64,000 nucleotides of DNA from a bacterium UBP14_UBA6098 (GTDB lineage: Bacteria > UBP14 > UBA6098): the NCBI GenBank assembly GCA_002428525.1, contig DIWU01000030.1, forward strand, positions 42,009 through 106,008, in the 5' to 3' direction. The notes beneath the pieces are model-generated. The model made no database searches, was not told where the DNA came from, and was given only the letters and a program-made list of their open reading frames with translations. Below, piece after piece: positions 1 to 9,286 of this stretch (positions are counted from its first letter, which is position 1; the number at the start of each line of letters is the position of its first letter). A program made the position numbers and the translations under genes.

Positions 1-201
1 CCACGGCTTTTTGCCGCCGCCGGAGACCTCGCCGCTGGTCTTTTTGCAATGAAGACCGAGCCTTTGGTTGGCGTGATAGCACTCGAGGAACTGGTGAACA
101 ACCTCGCTCTTCGGTTCGATGCCGAAAGCGATCTGAGGAAGCTCCAGTTCGCCGATTTTCTTGCCTTCGCGATCGAGAAGAATTCCCTTGGGCATGATCA
201 T
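1..201 (-). CDS. rplD: 50S ribosomal protein L4, N-terminal part (gene continues beyond the window start)
   Basis: Reverse-complement translation of 1-201 reads MIMPKGILLDREGKKIGELELPQIAFGIEPKSEVVHQFLECYHANQRLGLHCKKTSGEVSGGGKKPW, typical of the L4 N-terminus. Its ATG overlaps the rplC stop (TGATG), and it lies downstream of rplC as in the S10 operon. Confidence 0.8.
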   Translation of the reverse strand, partial: MIMPKGILLDREGKKIGELELPQIAFGIEPKSEVVHQFLECYHANQRLGLHCKKTSGEVSGGGKKPW

Positions 202-821
202 CACCCCTTCTTTTCGATGGTTATATAACCGCCCCTCGGGCCGACAACCGCGCCCCTAACGAGGATGAGGTTATTCTCCGGGTCGATGCTGACTATCTTC
301 GAGCCGGGGATGGTGACTTTGTCGTTGCCCATTCTGCCGCCCATACGGACACCCTTGAAAACCCTCGAGGGCGATGAAGACTGGCCGAGCGAGCCGGGGG
401 AGTTCCATTTGTTGGACTGGCCGTGGGTTTTCGGGCCGCCGCTGAAATGGTAGCGTTTCCTTGCGCCCTGATAGCCTTTGCCCTTCGATATACCGCTGAG
501 ATCGACCTTATCGCCGATCTTGAAGTGCTCGACCGTAATGATCTGGCCGACGGAATAGTTCTGTGGATCTTCCACGCGAAATTCCCGAAGGGTCTTGTAA
601 ACCTTCGTGCCGGCCTTTTTAAAATGGCCGAGCTCGGGCTTGGAGATCTTCTTGTCCGTAGGCTCAAAACCAAGTTGAACAGCGGAATAGCCATCCCTCT
701 CGGGCGATTTTACTTGAATGACCTCACAAGGCCCGGCGAGCAGAATCGTCACCGGAATAGCGGTGCCGTCCGCGCCGAAAATTGTGGTCATTCCGACCTT
801 TTTGCCGATAAATCCGATCAT
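201..821 (-). CDS. rplC: 50S ribosomal protein L3
   Basis: 206 aa starting MIGFIGKKVGMTTIF with a glycine-rich C-terminal half (GKGYQGARKRYHFSGGPKTHG), typical of L3. Canonical position between S10 and L4. Confidence 0.95.
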   Translation of the reverse strand: MIGFIGKKVGMTTIFGADGTAIPVTILLAGPCEVIQVKSPERDGYSAVQLGFEPTDKKISKPELGHFKKAGTKVYKTLREFRVEDPQNYSVGQIITVEHFKIGDKVDLSGISKGKGYQGARKRYHFSGGPKTHGQSNKWNSPGSLGQSSSPSRVFKGVRMGGRMGNDKVTIPGSKIVSIDPENNLILVRGAVVGPRGGYITIEKKG

Positions 822-847
822 TATAACTCCCAGTAAATCGGCTTGAA

Positions 848-1153
848 TTATACGACAATCTCGATATCGACGCCGGCCGGCAACTCGATCTTCATCATCG
901 CGTCGACGGTTTCTTGGCTCGCCTCGAGAATATCTATCAAACGTTTATGTGTCCGAACTTCGAACTGCTCTCTGCTCTTTTTGTCCACATTGGTGCTACG
1001 GAGGATGGTATAGACGCGCCTGTGCGTCGGTAATGGAACCGGACCCGAAATCTTCGCGCCTGTCCTCTTCGCGGTCTCGACTATCTCTGTAGTGGACCTG
1101 TCGAGAATAACATGATCGTATGCCTGCAGCTTTATTCTGATTCGCTGGGCCAT
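848..1153 (-). CDS. rpsJ: 30S ribosomal protein S10
   Basis: 101 aa [43 protein letters not shown]...RTHKRLIDI, a near-consensus S10. A GGAGGAGG RBS precedes it on the minus strand. Confidence 0.95.
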   Translation of the reverse strand: MAQRIRIKLQAYDHVILDRSTTEIVETAKRTGAKISGPVPLPTHRRVYTILRSTNVDKKSREQFEVRTHKRLIDILEASQETVDAMMKIELPAGVDIEIVV

Positions 1154-1441
1154 TTAACCTCCTCCAAACGGAAAAGTGCCGTTCTTTTGGAAAAATCCAA
1201 GCATAAATAACTAAAGCCTTTTTCCGGGAAACCCTGTTTAGCGAGCCTCATCTGCTTCGAATCGACTCTCGGGCCTTCCTACGCGAAAAAAGCGTCTCGA
1301 TAATAATCCTGCACTATTCCGATGTCAAGCACTAATTTCATTTTTTTATTTTTCTTTTTTTCCGGGTTCCTGTATAACTCTGTAACAATTCCATTTGTGC
1401 ATTTCGATACTTTTCGATTTGATATAAAATTCTTTAAACTA

Positions 1442-1470
1442 TTGACTTTTTCCCGAATAGACCTTAGATT
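1442..1470 (+). promoter_or_regulatory. Sigma70-like promoter candidate (TTGACT-N17-TAGATT) upstream of the PhoH2 gene
   Basis: TTGACT at 1442-1447 and TAGATT at 1465-1470 in an AT-rich intergenic stretch ~48 nt upstream of the ATG at 1518. Confidence 0.3.
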
Positions 1471-1517
1471 TTTCGAGTAATAATCATTACAGAAAACAGC
1501 TCGGTTGAAAGGCAAGA

Positions 1518-2843
1518 ATGCCGCGCAGAAAAAAGGTCTTCATTATAGACACCAATGTCATTTTGTATGACCATACGGCAATCTATAACTTTCAAGAGCA
1601 CGATGTAGTAATCCCTATCGTTGTCCTTGAAGAACTGGATAAGTTCAAAAAAGGTAATGACTTAATTAACTTTGAGGCCCGCGAGTTTGTGCGCAAACTC
1701 GACCAGATCGCCGGCGACAAACTCTTCTCAAAGGGAGTTCCCTTGGGCAAAGGCCTCGGCCGTCTGACAATAGAGGTCTCAAACCCAGTCTCCGCTGTGG
1801 TCTCCGGCGCTTTCACGGAAAACAAACCCGATCACCGGATTCTCGCACTCGCGGCCAACCTTAGCGAAAAATACGGCGCCGGCGAGGTGATTCTAATATC
1901 GAAGGATATCAACCTCCGAATGAAGGCCAAGAGCCTCGGTATCCCGGCAGAAGACTACGAAACCGGCAAAATCGCAAATATCGACGAGTTATATACCGGC
2001 CATGTCGTCCTCGACGGATTCGACAAAGAGATTATCTCGCGCTTCTATCAGGAGCCGTTCGCGGTGCCCGCCGACGAGCTTCCGACGATTCAGCCAATAC
2101 CGAACCAGTATTTCATCCTGCGAAACCGCTCATCAAGCATCTTAGCCTATTACAACCCTCGAGACAGAGTCTTCGAGCGAATTAACCGTATGAGTTCCTA
2201 TGGCATCGAGCCGCGAAACGCCGAGCAGACCTTCGCGCTGGACGCATTGAACCGACCGGAGATTCAGCTTGTCACAATGACCGGCAAGGCCGGCACCGGC
2301 AAAACCCTTCTGGCTCTAGCCTCAGCGCTTCAGCAAAGAAAGCGCTATCGTCAAATCTTTCTCGCGCGACCGATTGTGCCCTTGGGCAACCGCGACCTTG
2401 GCTTTCTTCCGGGCGATGTCGCGGAAAAGCTCGCGCCCTATATGCAACCGCTTCACGACAACCTCGCGGTTATTCGTCACCAATTCCCACCCGAGAGTCC
2501 CGACTTCGTCCAGATCGACCAGATGCTCAACAGCGAGAAGCTGACAATCTCGCCCTTAGCCTATATTCGCGGGCGTTCGCTCGACAAGATATTTTTCATC
2601 GTCGATGAGGCGCAAAACCTCACGCCGCATGAAGTTAAAACGATAATCACCCGAGCCGGCGAGGGCGCAAAGATCGTCTTCGCGGGCGATATTTACCAGA
2701 TCGATACCCCCTACCTCGACAGCAGGTCGAACGGCCTGACCTATCTCGTGGATAGAATGAAAGGTCAGGAATTGTTCGGCCATGTGACTCTCATCAAGGG
2801 CGAAAGGAGCGAACTCGCGGAGCTTGCGAGCAATTTGCTATAG
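1518..2843 (+). CDS. PhoH2-type protein: N-terminal PIN domain fused to a PhoH-like P-loop ATPase
   Basis: N-terminus KKVFIIDTNVILYD is a PIN-like motif with acidic residues. The central part has Walker A MTGKAGTGKTLLALA and Walker B FFIVDEAQN, typical of the PhoH/YlaK family. 441 aa. Confidence 0.85.
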   Translation: MPRRKKVFIIDTNVILYDHTAIYNFQEHDVVIPIVVLEELDKFKKGNDLINFEAREFVRKLDQIAGDKLFSKGVPLGKGLGRLTIEVSNPVSAVVSGAFTENKPDHRILALAANLSEKYGAGEVILISKDINLRMKAKSLGIPAEDYETGKIANIDELYTGHVVLDGFDKEIISRFYQEPFAVPADELPTIQPIPNQYFILRNRSSSILAYYNPRDRVFERINRMSSYGIEPRNAEQTFALDALNRPEIQLVTMTGKAGTGKTLLALASALQQRKRYRQIFLARPIVPLGNRDLGFLPGDVAEKLAPYMQPLHDNLAVIRHQFPPESPDFVQIDQMLNSEKLTISPLAYIRGRSLDKIFFIVDEAQNLTPHEVKTIITRAGEGAKIVFAGDIYQIDTPYLDSRSNGLTYLVDRMKGQELFGHVTLIKGERSELAELASNLL

Positions 2844-2982
2844 TTTTTGACCCCCTGCCGAAATAGCCCCCTGCAAAAACTCGACGGCAAAGTCGATCGA
2901 GTGTTTAATTATTTGAATATATCTATTTTTTTCGCATAATTAGCGAAAAAAATAGCTTAATATTTTTATCGTCGGGCGAAGT

Positions 2983-3456
2983 TTGGACAAGGAAAGCGCA
3001 TTAGTTTACCTTCGTTTCGCTGAGAAGCTCGTTCTTCTCATCGAAAAATACAGCCGCGCTCGGGAGGTTGACAACCTGATCCGCGTGAAAAATTACTATG
3101 CCCATGTCGTCCAAAACCCTTCGGAAACGCCGCTACTCGGCCTCACAACCTACGCCGGAATGATCAAACGGATACCCTTTCCGATGGAGCCGACAATCGC
3201 GATAATGCTTGCCGGTAAGGGGCCGACTATCGATATCGATTTTTACCTGCAACCACTCGAAGTATATTATATTATTGCAGATGCCGTCAAGGAGGTTTCC
3301 GAGGACGCGCGAATCAAGGTTGTTAGCGGGGGATTTCAGTATATTCGCCCTCGAGTGGGGACACCGGTGGTTGACCTGTTCGTCGATTCCGTCGATAAGC
3401 TCGCGATGTTGATTGTCTTGGATCTCAAGAAGATGTGCGAGGCGATCCGGATGTAG
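2983..3456 (+). CDS. hypothetical protein (157 aa, TTG start in the ORF track)
   Basis: Open frame following an AT-rich promoter-like region. No recognisable motifs. An antisense ORF 3133-3558 overlaps it, so the coding strand is uncertain. Confidence 0.3.
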   Translation: MDKESALVYLRFAEKLVLLIEKYSRAREVDNLIRVKNYYAHVVQNPSETPLLGLTTYAGMIKRIPFPMEPTIAIMLAGKGPTIDIDFYLQPLEVYYIIADAVKEVSEDARIKVVSGGFQYIRPRVGTPVVDLFVDSVDKLAMLIVLDLKKMCEAIRM

Positions 3457-4798
3457 CGAATCGGCCCCAGCATACCCCTGCCAAATATAAACTTCCGGCG
3501 ATAACAACGAGGCCGTCCGGGCCTGCGGCCTCCCGCGCGAGCGCGAGTGCTTCTTCATTAGAATGGACTGCGATGCCCTCCGGGGCGAGGGATTTAAGCT
3601 CCTCGACGCTCATCGCGCGCGGCCAATCGAAGCTCGTCAAATAAAGCCCGGCGGAAAAACCTCGCGCCAACTCGAGCATTCCGGGGACATCCTTGTCGCG
3701 GTTCGCCGCGAAAAGCCATACCGGCGGCCGCCGCCATATCGCCCGGACCGCCTCGATCAGCCGCTCGAAGGCCATTGGGCTATGCGCGCCGTCGATCAGG
3801 ATATCCGGCGATGAAGCAACAATCTGCATTCTGGCCGGCCAATCGACAGCTCCCAGCCCCTCGCGGATCGCCGCTTCTCCGACATCGAGATAGTTCGCCG
3901 CAGAAACTGCAACAGCGGCGTTTTCCGCCTGATGTGCGCCCAAAAGCGGGATATGGAGCCCGATGAAATTTGATCCGCTAAATGAATAGTCGAAGGTTGT
4001 TCCCGAGCGGGATAAGCTTATGTTCTTCAAAGGGTTATGCTCGTTGATGTCGATAATCGGGTGCGCACCGAGCGATTCGGCCTTTAAAAGAATAGCCTTG
4101 CGCGCCTCGGGGCGTTGTATTGCTAAGATCAAAGGGATTCCATGGCGCAAGATTCCGGCCTTCTCGCGGGCTATCGCCTCGTATGTCTCTCCGAGGACAT
4201 TGGTGTGGTCGAGGCCGATCGGCGTAATAATTGTGAGGTCGGGGTCGATGACATTAGTGGCGTCGAGCCTCCCGCCAAGACCTACCTCGATCACCGCGAT
4301 CTCCGCGCCGGCCTCGGCGAAAAGCTCGAAGGCCGACGCGGTGAGGATTTCGAAAACCGTGCGAAAACCTTGCCCTGCGCCGGCCTCTAAGGCCTCGGGG
4401 AGTATGTCCTCCAGCTTTTTTGAAAGAAGCTCCGCCTCGACGATATTGCCATCGATGCGGAATCGTTCGCGAATATCGACCAAGTGGGGGGAGCTATAAA
4501 AGCCCGTTCGGCGGCCATCTGCGCGAAGGATAGACTCGAGCATGGCCGAGGTCGAGCCCTTGCCCTTCGAGCCTGCGATGAGTATAGTCTTGTAGCGCTT
4601 ATGGTTATCCCCCCGCGCGCGCAGAAGCTCGCGAAAGCGGTGAAGGTCGGACTCGTCGGTTTCGTAGGGGTTTTTCGATCCGAGTTTCTCGTAATCGATT
4701 AGTTTATATAGACTTCCGAGGACGCGATCGAGGCTATTTGAGCCCATTTGCGATGGCCTCCGCATTGCGCTGAAGGAGTTCGATATATCCCTCGCCAC
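3425..4798 (-). CDS. folC: bifunctional folylpolyglutamate synthase / dihydrofolate synthase (FolC)
   Basis: P-loop IAGSKGKGST, VIEVGLGGRLDATNV and DGAHSP motifs of the Mur-ligase-like FolC family. The start is uncertain: the ORF as drawn overlaps the upstream gene by 65 nt, and the internal Met at residues 12 or 18 is plausible. Confidence 0.85.
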   Translation of the reverse strand: MARDISNSFSAMRRPSQMGSNSLDRVLGSLYKLIDYEKLGSKNPYETDESDLHRFRELLRARGDNHKRYKTILIAGSKGKGSTSAMLESILRADGRRTGFYSSPHLVDIRERFRIDGNIVEAELLSKKLEDILPEALEAGAGQGFRTVFEILTASAFELFAEAGAEIAVIEVGLGGRLDATNVIDPDLTIITPIGLDHTNVLGETYEAIAREKAGILRHGIPLILAIQRPEARKAILLKAESLGAHPIIDINEHNPLKNISLSRSGTTFDYSFSGSNFIGLHIPLLGAHQAENAAVAVSAANYLDVGEAAIREGLGAVDWPARMQIVASSPDILIDGAHSPMAFERLIEAVRAIWRRPPVWLFAANRDKDVPGMLELARGFSAGLYLTSFDWPRAMSVEELKSLAPEGIAVHSNEEALALAREAAGPDGLVVIAGSLYLAGVCWGRFATSGSPRTSS

Positions 4799-5660
4799 CC
4801 GCGCCGATAGGATCGACCTCGATAATCTTGATGTTCAGCTTTTTCGCGAGCCTTTCGGCCGACTCGGCCTGAGAGCCGGCTTCGACAAGCACCGCCTTAA
4901 CACCGGCCTTTCGGCAGTTTTCAGCGATCTCCTCGAATTCCTCGGATGACAGCTCGATTCCGACAAACGGCTCCATCGTCTCGACGAGTTCGAGTTTGTA
5001 GCGTCGCATAAAATAGGTGAACGAACCCCTATAGGCCGCGAGTGCTGTGCCCGAATGAGGTTCGAGCGTCGCCTTCACGCGGTCGTTGAGGGCGGAAAGC
5101 CTCTGTGCGAGGCGCTCCGAGTTTGCATTATAAATCTGAGAATTGGGCGGATCGGCCGCGGAAAGTGCGCGCGTCATCGTAGGTAATAATATATCTTTGG
5201 TTATCATCGGGTCGAGCCAAACGAACCGGTTGCCGGACGAGGGCATAAGCTCACGCGCGAATAGACGTTTCAAACCGGCCTCCGGGAGCATAGGTAGCGT
5301 CGGGACTCCGGCGGCAAGCTCGTGAATCCGGGGGCAGGTTTCATTCTTCAGCGCGGCCTCGGCAGACCAGTCGTCGAGGCCCATGCCGATATAGAATAGA
5401 ACGCCCGAACGGGCTAAGGTCTGTGTCATCTCCGCCGGCGGTTCATAGGCGAAGATATTAGATCCCGCGGGCATAAGGAGTGTCACCTCGGCCTTGTCCG
5501 CGACGAGGCTTTCCGCGATCGAGACCAAGGGCTGAATCGATACGAACACCGGATAGGTGCCCTCATCGGCCTTTTGAGCGACTTGATTATTCTTTTCTCC
5601 GCAACCCGCGATCGAGAACAGAGCAAGCGTTAACGCTATGATATTATATACTTTAGACAT
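4734..5660 (-). CDS. metal (Zn/Mn) ABC transporter substrate-binding lipoprotein, ZnuA/TroA-like
   Basis: Lipobox LFSIAGC. ~300 aa two-lobed SBP architecture with FAYEPPAEMTQTL and an acidic C-terminal lobe, resembling cluster A-I metal SBPs. Confidence 0.75.
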   Translation of the reverse strand: MSKVYNIIALTLALFSIAGCGEKNNQVAQKADEGTYPVFVSIQPLVSIAESLVADKAEVTLLMPAGSNIFAYEPPAEMTQTLARSGVLFYIGMGLDDWSAEAALKNETCPRIHELAAGVPTLPMLPEAGLKRLFARELMPSSGNRFVWLDPMITKDILLPTMTRALSAADPPNSQIYNANSERLAQRLSALNDRVKATLEPHSGTALAAYRGSFTYFMRRYKLELVETMEPFVGIELSSEEFEEIAENCRKAGVKAVLVEAGSQAESAERLAKKLNIKIIEVDPIGAGGEGYIELLQRNAEAIANGLK

Positions 5661-5674
5661 TTCAAGCCTCCAAG

Positions 5675-6829
5675 CTATTGAGCGAGCGCGCGTTCGAGAG
5701 CCTTCGCGCCGGCCTCGACCTGATCGAGCGTATTATATATGTGGAAAGAAAATCGAAGCCGTTTTTCCCGATTCGAGCAAATCACGCCGGCCGCTTTGAG
5801 GCGGCGGTGAACCTCCTCGGGGTTTGGAACCCCGACCGAGACGACATGGGACTTGGCCGATTTCTGTCTTTCGGGAAGGTCGGCAAGGTGGATTTCGCGG
5901 ACAAGTTCCTCGAATCTCTCGGCGAGCTCGAGGTTGTGCTGTTCGATTCGCTCTATGCCGATCTCCGCCAACAGGCCGACCGAGCCGGCCATCCCCCAAA
6001 GCGCCGACCACGGCAGTGAACCGACCTCGTAGCGCCGCGCTGTGGACGATCGGGGCATATCGTGGCGGAGCATATCGAGGAAATCCTCCGGCGTGGAAAA
6101 ATGCGACAGCCAGCCGTCGTAGGCCGGCTCGACAAGCTCCATCGCTTGGGGGGAAATATAGAGAAAACCGGTGCCGTAGGGCGAAAGCAGATGCTTTTGG
6201 CCGCCGGCGGCGAAGGCGTCGAGGCCGAGGCTTTGCGCATCGACTCGAATAGCACCCGCGCTTTGAATTCCGTCGATGAAGGTGAAAATCCCCTTTGCTC
6301 GGCAAAGCGCGCAGATCGCGACGAGATCAGCTCGATAGCCGTCCGAGAACTGAACCGAGCTAATCGCGAGAAGCCTCGTCCGCGGTGTGATCGCGCGTTC
6401 GACCATCTCGGGAGTAAGCTCGCCGGTTCGCATTGGAATCCAATCGACCTCGACGCCGCGCCGCGCGAGGTTCAGCCAAGGGTAAGAATTCGCCGGAAAC
6501 TCGCGAGTCCCGATAAGAATGCGGTCGCCGCTTTGCCATTGAAACCCCGCCGCGACGATATTTATCCCGAAGCTGGTGTTCGGGACGAGGGCGATTCCGC
6601 TCTTTTCGCCGCCGATGATCTCGGCGAGGTCGCCGCGCAGGCGGTCTATCGCCGCGAAGGTTTCCGCGTCATGGGCGAGGTCGGTCTCGCGGTATCTTCG
6701 GAGGAAGTTCTCGATGGCCGAAAGCCCGCACTCGGGCATCACGCCGGTTCCGGCGGTGTTGAAATAGAGGAATCTCCGAGTCATCGGAAATTCACGCGCA
6801 AGCTCTTGATCTGTAAAGAGTTCCCGCAT
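5675..6829 (-). CDS. class V aminotransferase-fold PLP enzyme (cysteine desulfurase / isopenicillin-N epimerase-like)
   Basis: 384 aa with NTAGTGVMP near the N-terminus and a GGQKHLLSPYGTGFLY lysine-containing segment, consistent with the fold-type I class V family. Confidence 0.7.
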   Translation of the reverse strand: MRELFTDQELAREFPMTRRFLYFNTAGTGVMPECGLSAIENFLRRYRETDLAHDAETFAAIDRLRGDLAEIIGGEKSGIALVPNTSFGINIVAAGFQWQSGDRILIGTREFPANSYPWLNLARRGVEVDWIPMRTGELTPEMVERAITPRTRLLAISSVQFSDGYRADLVAICALCRAKGIFTFIDGIQSAGAIRVDAQSLGLDAFAAGGQKHLLSPYGTGFLYISPQAMELVEPAYDGWLSHFSTPEDFLDMLRHDMPRSSTARRYEVGSLPWSALWGMAGSVGLLAEIGIERIEQHNLELAERFEELVREIHLADLPERQKSAKSHVVSVGVPNPEEVHRRLKAAGVICSNREKRLRFSFHIYNTLDQVEAGAKALERALAQ

Positions 6830-6832
6830 ATC

Positions 6833-7882
6833 TCACCTTGCCCAGCAAAGAGGACGAATATCGTCGCCATTCGAGTTTGTGAAGCGAACCGGCGTAGCGC
6901 CGGAGTTTGCCGGAGCGCCGTAGATCTCGCGGTCGCCGTCGCGGTAGCTTACCCAGAAAATCCAACTTCCGTCCGGCGACCAGCAAGGACAGATATCCTC
7001 CGCCGAATGCGGCGCGACAAATGTTAGGCCGCCGCCGCTCGAAGGCACTGTCGCGATCTCCCACTGGCCGTCAACAAAGGCCTGAAAGGCAATCCGCGAG
7101 CCGTCCGGCGAGACGGCGGGATTCTCCGCCGTGTATTGGCTACCGGAGATATTCTCGGGAAAAGCGGAGGGGCTCTCGATATCGGTCTTAGCTACAAAGC
7201 GCCGATCCGTTCCCGACAATGTATAGTAAAGGTATGCGCCGTCCGGCGACCAGCACGGCGAATAGGCATCGTAGCCCTCGGGCGAAATCCGCGTGAGAGT
7301 AAATGGAGTGCGCGACTCGATTGCCATCACCGAAAATTCCCCGTTCTCGCCGGTTTGCACGAAAGCGATCTTTGTGCCGTCCGGCGACCATCTCTGCGAA
7401 TCGTCGTTGCCCGGATGGCTTGTCAACCGAGACGGCTCTCCGCCGGATAGGGACAAAATCGCAAGATCGTTGTCGCTGTAGGCATAACTCCAGCGCTTCG
7501 TGATGAAGCAAAGCCGAATTCCATCCGGCGAGACCTCGGGGTTGCCGTCGAATTGGGCGTTATCGGTCAGCGCTTGAAGCGAAGTGCCGTCCTTTCGAAC
7601 TCTGAAGACCTGCCAACACTCGGCCTCTTTCCCACCGAAATAGACCCGATCGCCGTGATCGGAGATGCCCCATCTACCTGCGCCCTCGGTCAGGTCGGTG
7701 AGCTTTCGCACCTCACCGCCCGGGAGGTCGGCGCAGAAGATATTCGGCACGCCGTCGCGATAGGAAACCCATGCGAGTGTGCACTCCGGCCCGGCATCTG
7801 GAGCGTTCTGAGGGCCGTCGCAAGCCAAGAACAATCCAACTCCGATAGCTAAAATCGCTGTCGCGCCATTTTTCATATCCAT
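6833..7882 (-). CDS. TolB-like beta-propeller lipoprotein (PD40/WD40-like repeats)
   Basis: Signal peptide plus lipobox LFLAC. Repeated SPDG / SPDGxxIAF blades typical of TolB-family propellers. Confidence 0.6.
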   Translation of the reverse strand: MDMKNGATAILAIGVGLFLACDGPQNAPDAGPECTLAWVSYRDGVPNIFCADLPGGEVRKLTDLTEGAGRWGISDHGDRVYFGGKEAECWQVFRVRKDGTSLQALTDNAQFDGNPEVSPDGIRLCFITKRWSYAYSDNDLAILSLSGGEPSRLTSHPGNDDSQRWSPDGTKIAFVQTGENGEFSVMAIESRTPFTLTRISPEGYDAYSPCWSPDGAYLYYTLSGTDRRFVAKTDIESPSAFPENISGSQYTAENPAVSPDGSRIAFQAFVDGQWEIATVPSSGGGLTFVAPHSAEDICPCWSPDGSWIFWVSYRDGDREIYGAPANSGATPVRFTNSNGDDIRPLCWAR

Positions 7883-7966
7883 TTAAAATAATCCCCTATC
7901 GGCCGAAAGTCAAGGCCGCCTTTCGCTCGAACGCGGGCGGCTTTTGTATATAATATTCTTCCGCGG

Positions 7967-7994
7967 TTGACAATACTGTGTTTTTCGTTATGAT
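7967..7994 (+). promoter_or_regulatory. Sigma70-like promoter candidate (TTGACA-N16-TATGAT) upstream of the glycosyltransferase gene
   Basis: TTGACA 7967-7972 and TATGAT 7989-7994, ~45-55 nt upstream of the 8037/8049 start. Confidence 0.35.
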
Positions 7995-8036
7995 TTAAGT
8001 TTGTCCAAATGGGCTTCTGTTTTAAAACCCTAAGAA

Positions 8037-9260
8037 TTGCATTTTAATATGAAAATCCTCGCATTCAGCTTTTATTTTCCACCCCATGGCGGGCCCGGCG
8101 CTCTGAGACCGCTCAAGATGTTGAAATACGCCGCTCCTCTGGGCGCGGAGGGCGTTGTTGTCGCCGCGGCCGAGGGCGACTATTCGGTTCGCGATGCCTC
8201 GCTCGAGGCCGAGATACCATCGGAGTTTATGGTTGTCCGAACTCCGCCCGGCAACGACCCGCTACGGTTTTTCCGCAGGCGGATGGGCGGTGTGATTCAC
8301 GCGCCCAAAAGCGATTATCTTTTTCTGCCGGACAACAAGATTTGGTGGATTAATTTAGCCTCGCGCCTCGGGGTTAAGGCCCTCCCGAACGCCGACATCG
8401 TCTGGGCGACATGCCCGCCCTTCTCGGCGGCGCTCGCCGCGCGGAGAGCCGCGATGGAGCTCAGAGTTCCGCTTGTTCTCGATTTCCGCGATTCGTGGAC
8501 GCGAAATCCCAACAGGCCGCCGTTGCCATTCTTTCATAGGGCTGTCAATAGAATGCTCGCCACAAAGGCGATCAACTCGGCAAGCGCGGTCACGTGCGTT
8601 TATAAATCGATTGGCAGGGAAATCGAGGGGCTTGTCCCCGGAAAGGCATTTGAGGTGATACCCAACGGGTATGATCCCGAAGACATGCCGCCTCGATTCA
8701 CAGCTACCGATTCCGTTGATATTCTCAGTATTTGCTATCTTGGAACTATTTACCCTGACTTAAATTATATATTACCATTTTTATTAGCGATGAAAGAGGT
8801 GCCCGAGATAAAACTGTCGATTGTAGGTCGCTATCCGGACAAGCTCAAACACGATGTTTCGAGGTTCGGGCTTTCAAAACGAGTGGAGTTTATCGACTAT
8901 CGAGAACATCGCCAAGCCCTTGCTATCGCGGGCCTAGCGGACGCGCTTTTATTATATATCGACAATCGTCCCTTAAATTTAGGGCAAATCACAAGTAAAA
9001 CCTACGAATATATGGGTTTAGGAAAACCTATACTCGCATGTATTCCGCGCGGCGGCGAAGCGGATGAACTACTTAAATCATATTCCGGTGGTATAAGGGT
9101 GACAACGGAGTGCATCGGCGCTATTGCACAAGCGCTTCAGGACCTACTCGACGCTAAGAGGACAGGCACGCTTTCATCCCCGACTCCGCCTCCGGAATTC
9201 GATCGCTCCGCGCTCGCCGAGCGGTGGTTTAAACTAATGCAAAACCAACTGAAGAGTTAA
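8037..9260 (+). CDS. GT4-family glycosyltransferase
   Basis: N-terminal ILAFSFYFPPHGGPGALR and C-terminal KTYEYMGLGKPILAC (the E-x7-E region), typical of retaining GT-B glycosyltransferases. The true start is probably the ATG at 8049 (MKIL). Confidence 0.6.
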   Translation: MHFNMKILAFSFYFPPHGGPGALRPLKMLKYAAPLGAEGVVVAAAEGDYSVRDASLEAEIPSEFMVVRTPPGNDPLRFFRRRMGGVIHAPKSDYLFLPDNKIWWINLASRLGVKALPNADIVWATCPPFSAALAARRAAMELRVPLVLDFRDSWTRNPNRPPLPFFHRAVNRMLATKAINSASAVTCVYKSIGREIEGLVPGKAFEVIPNGYDPEDMPPRFTATDSVDILSICYLGTIYPDLNYILPFLLAMKEVPEIKLSIVGRYPDKLKHDVSRFGLSKRVEFIDYREHRQALAIAGLADALLLYIDNRPLNLGQITSKTYEYMGLGKPILACIPRGGEADELLKSYSGGIRVTTECIGAIAQALQDLLDAKRTGTLSSPTPPPEFDRSALAERWFKLMQNQLKS

Positions 9261-9286
9261 AAATATATCTAAAGAGAAGGTGATAT

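Noticed and set aside
1279-1515. 78-aa minus-strand ORF in the rpsJ-PhoH2 intergenic region
   Set aside because: It lies in an AT-rich promoter region with homopolymer runs. The product is Lys/Asn-rich low complexity, and no RBS is evident. Likely non-coding.
5678-6305. Alternative-frame ORFs inside the aminotransferase gene (5678-6019 +, 5733-6305 -, 5824-6252 +)
   Set aside because: All are nested within a gene with strong family motifs and have Arg/Pro-rich artefactual composition.
7940-7960. Plus-strand hairpin (ggccgcc...ggcggc) plus T-run upstream of the glycosyltransferase gene, as a terminator
   Set aside because: No plus-strand gene ends upstream of it (the neighbouring gene is on the minus strand). 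It sits within a promoter region and may be an attenuator or chance palindrome, so it is not listed as a feature.
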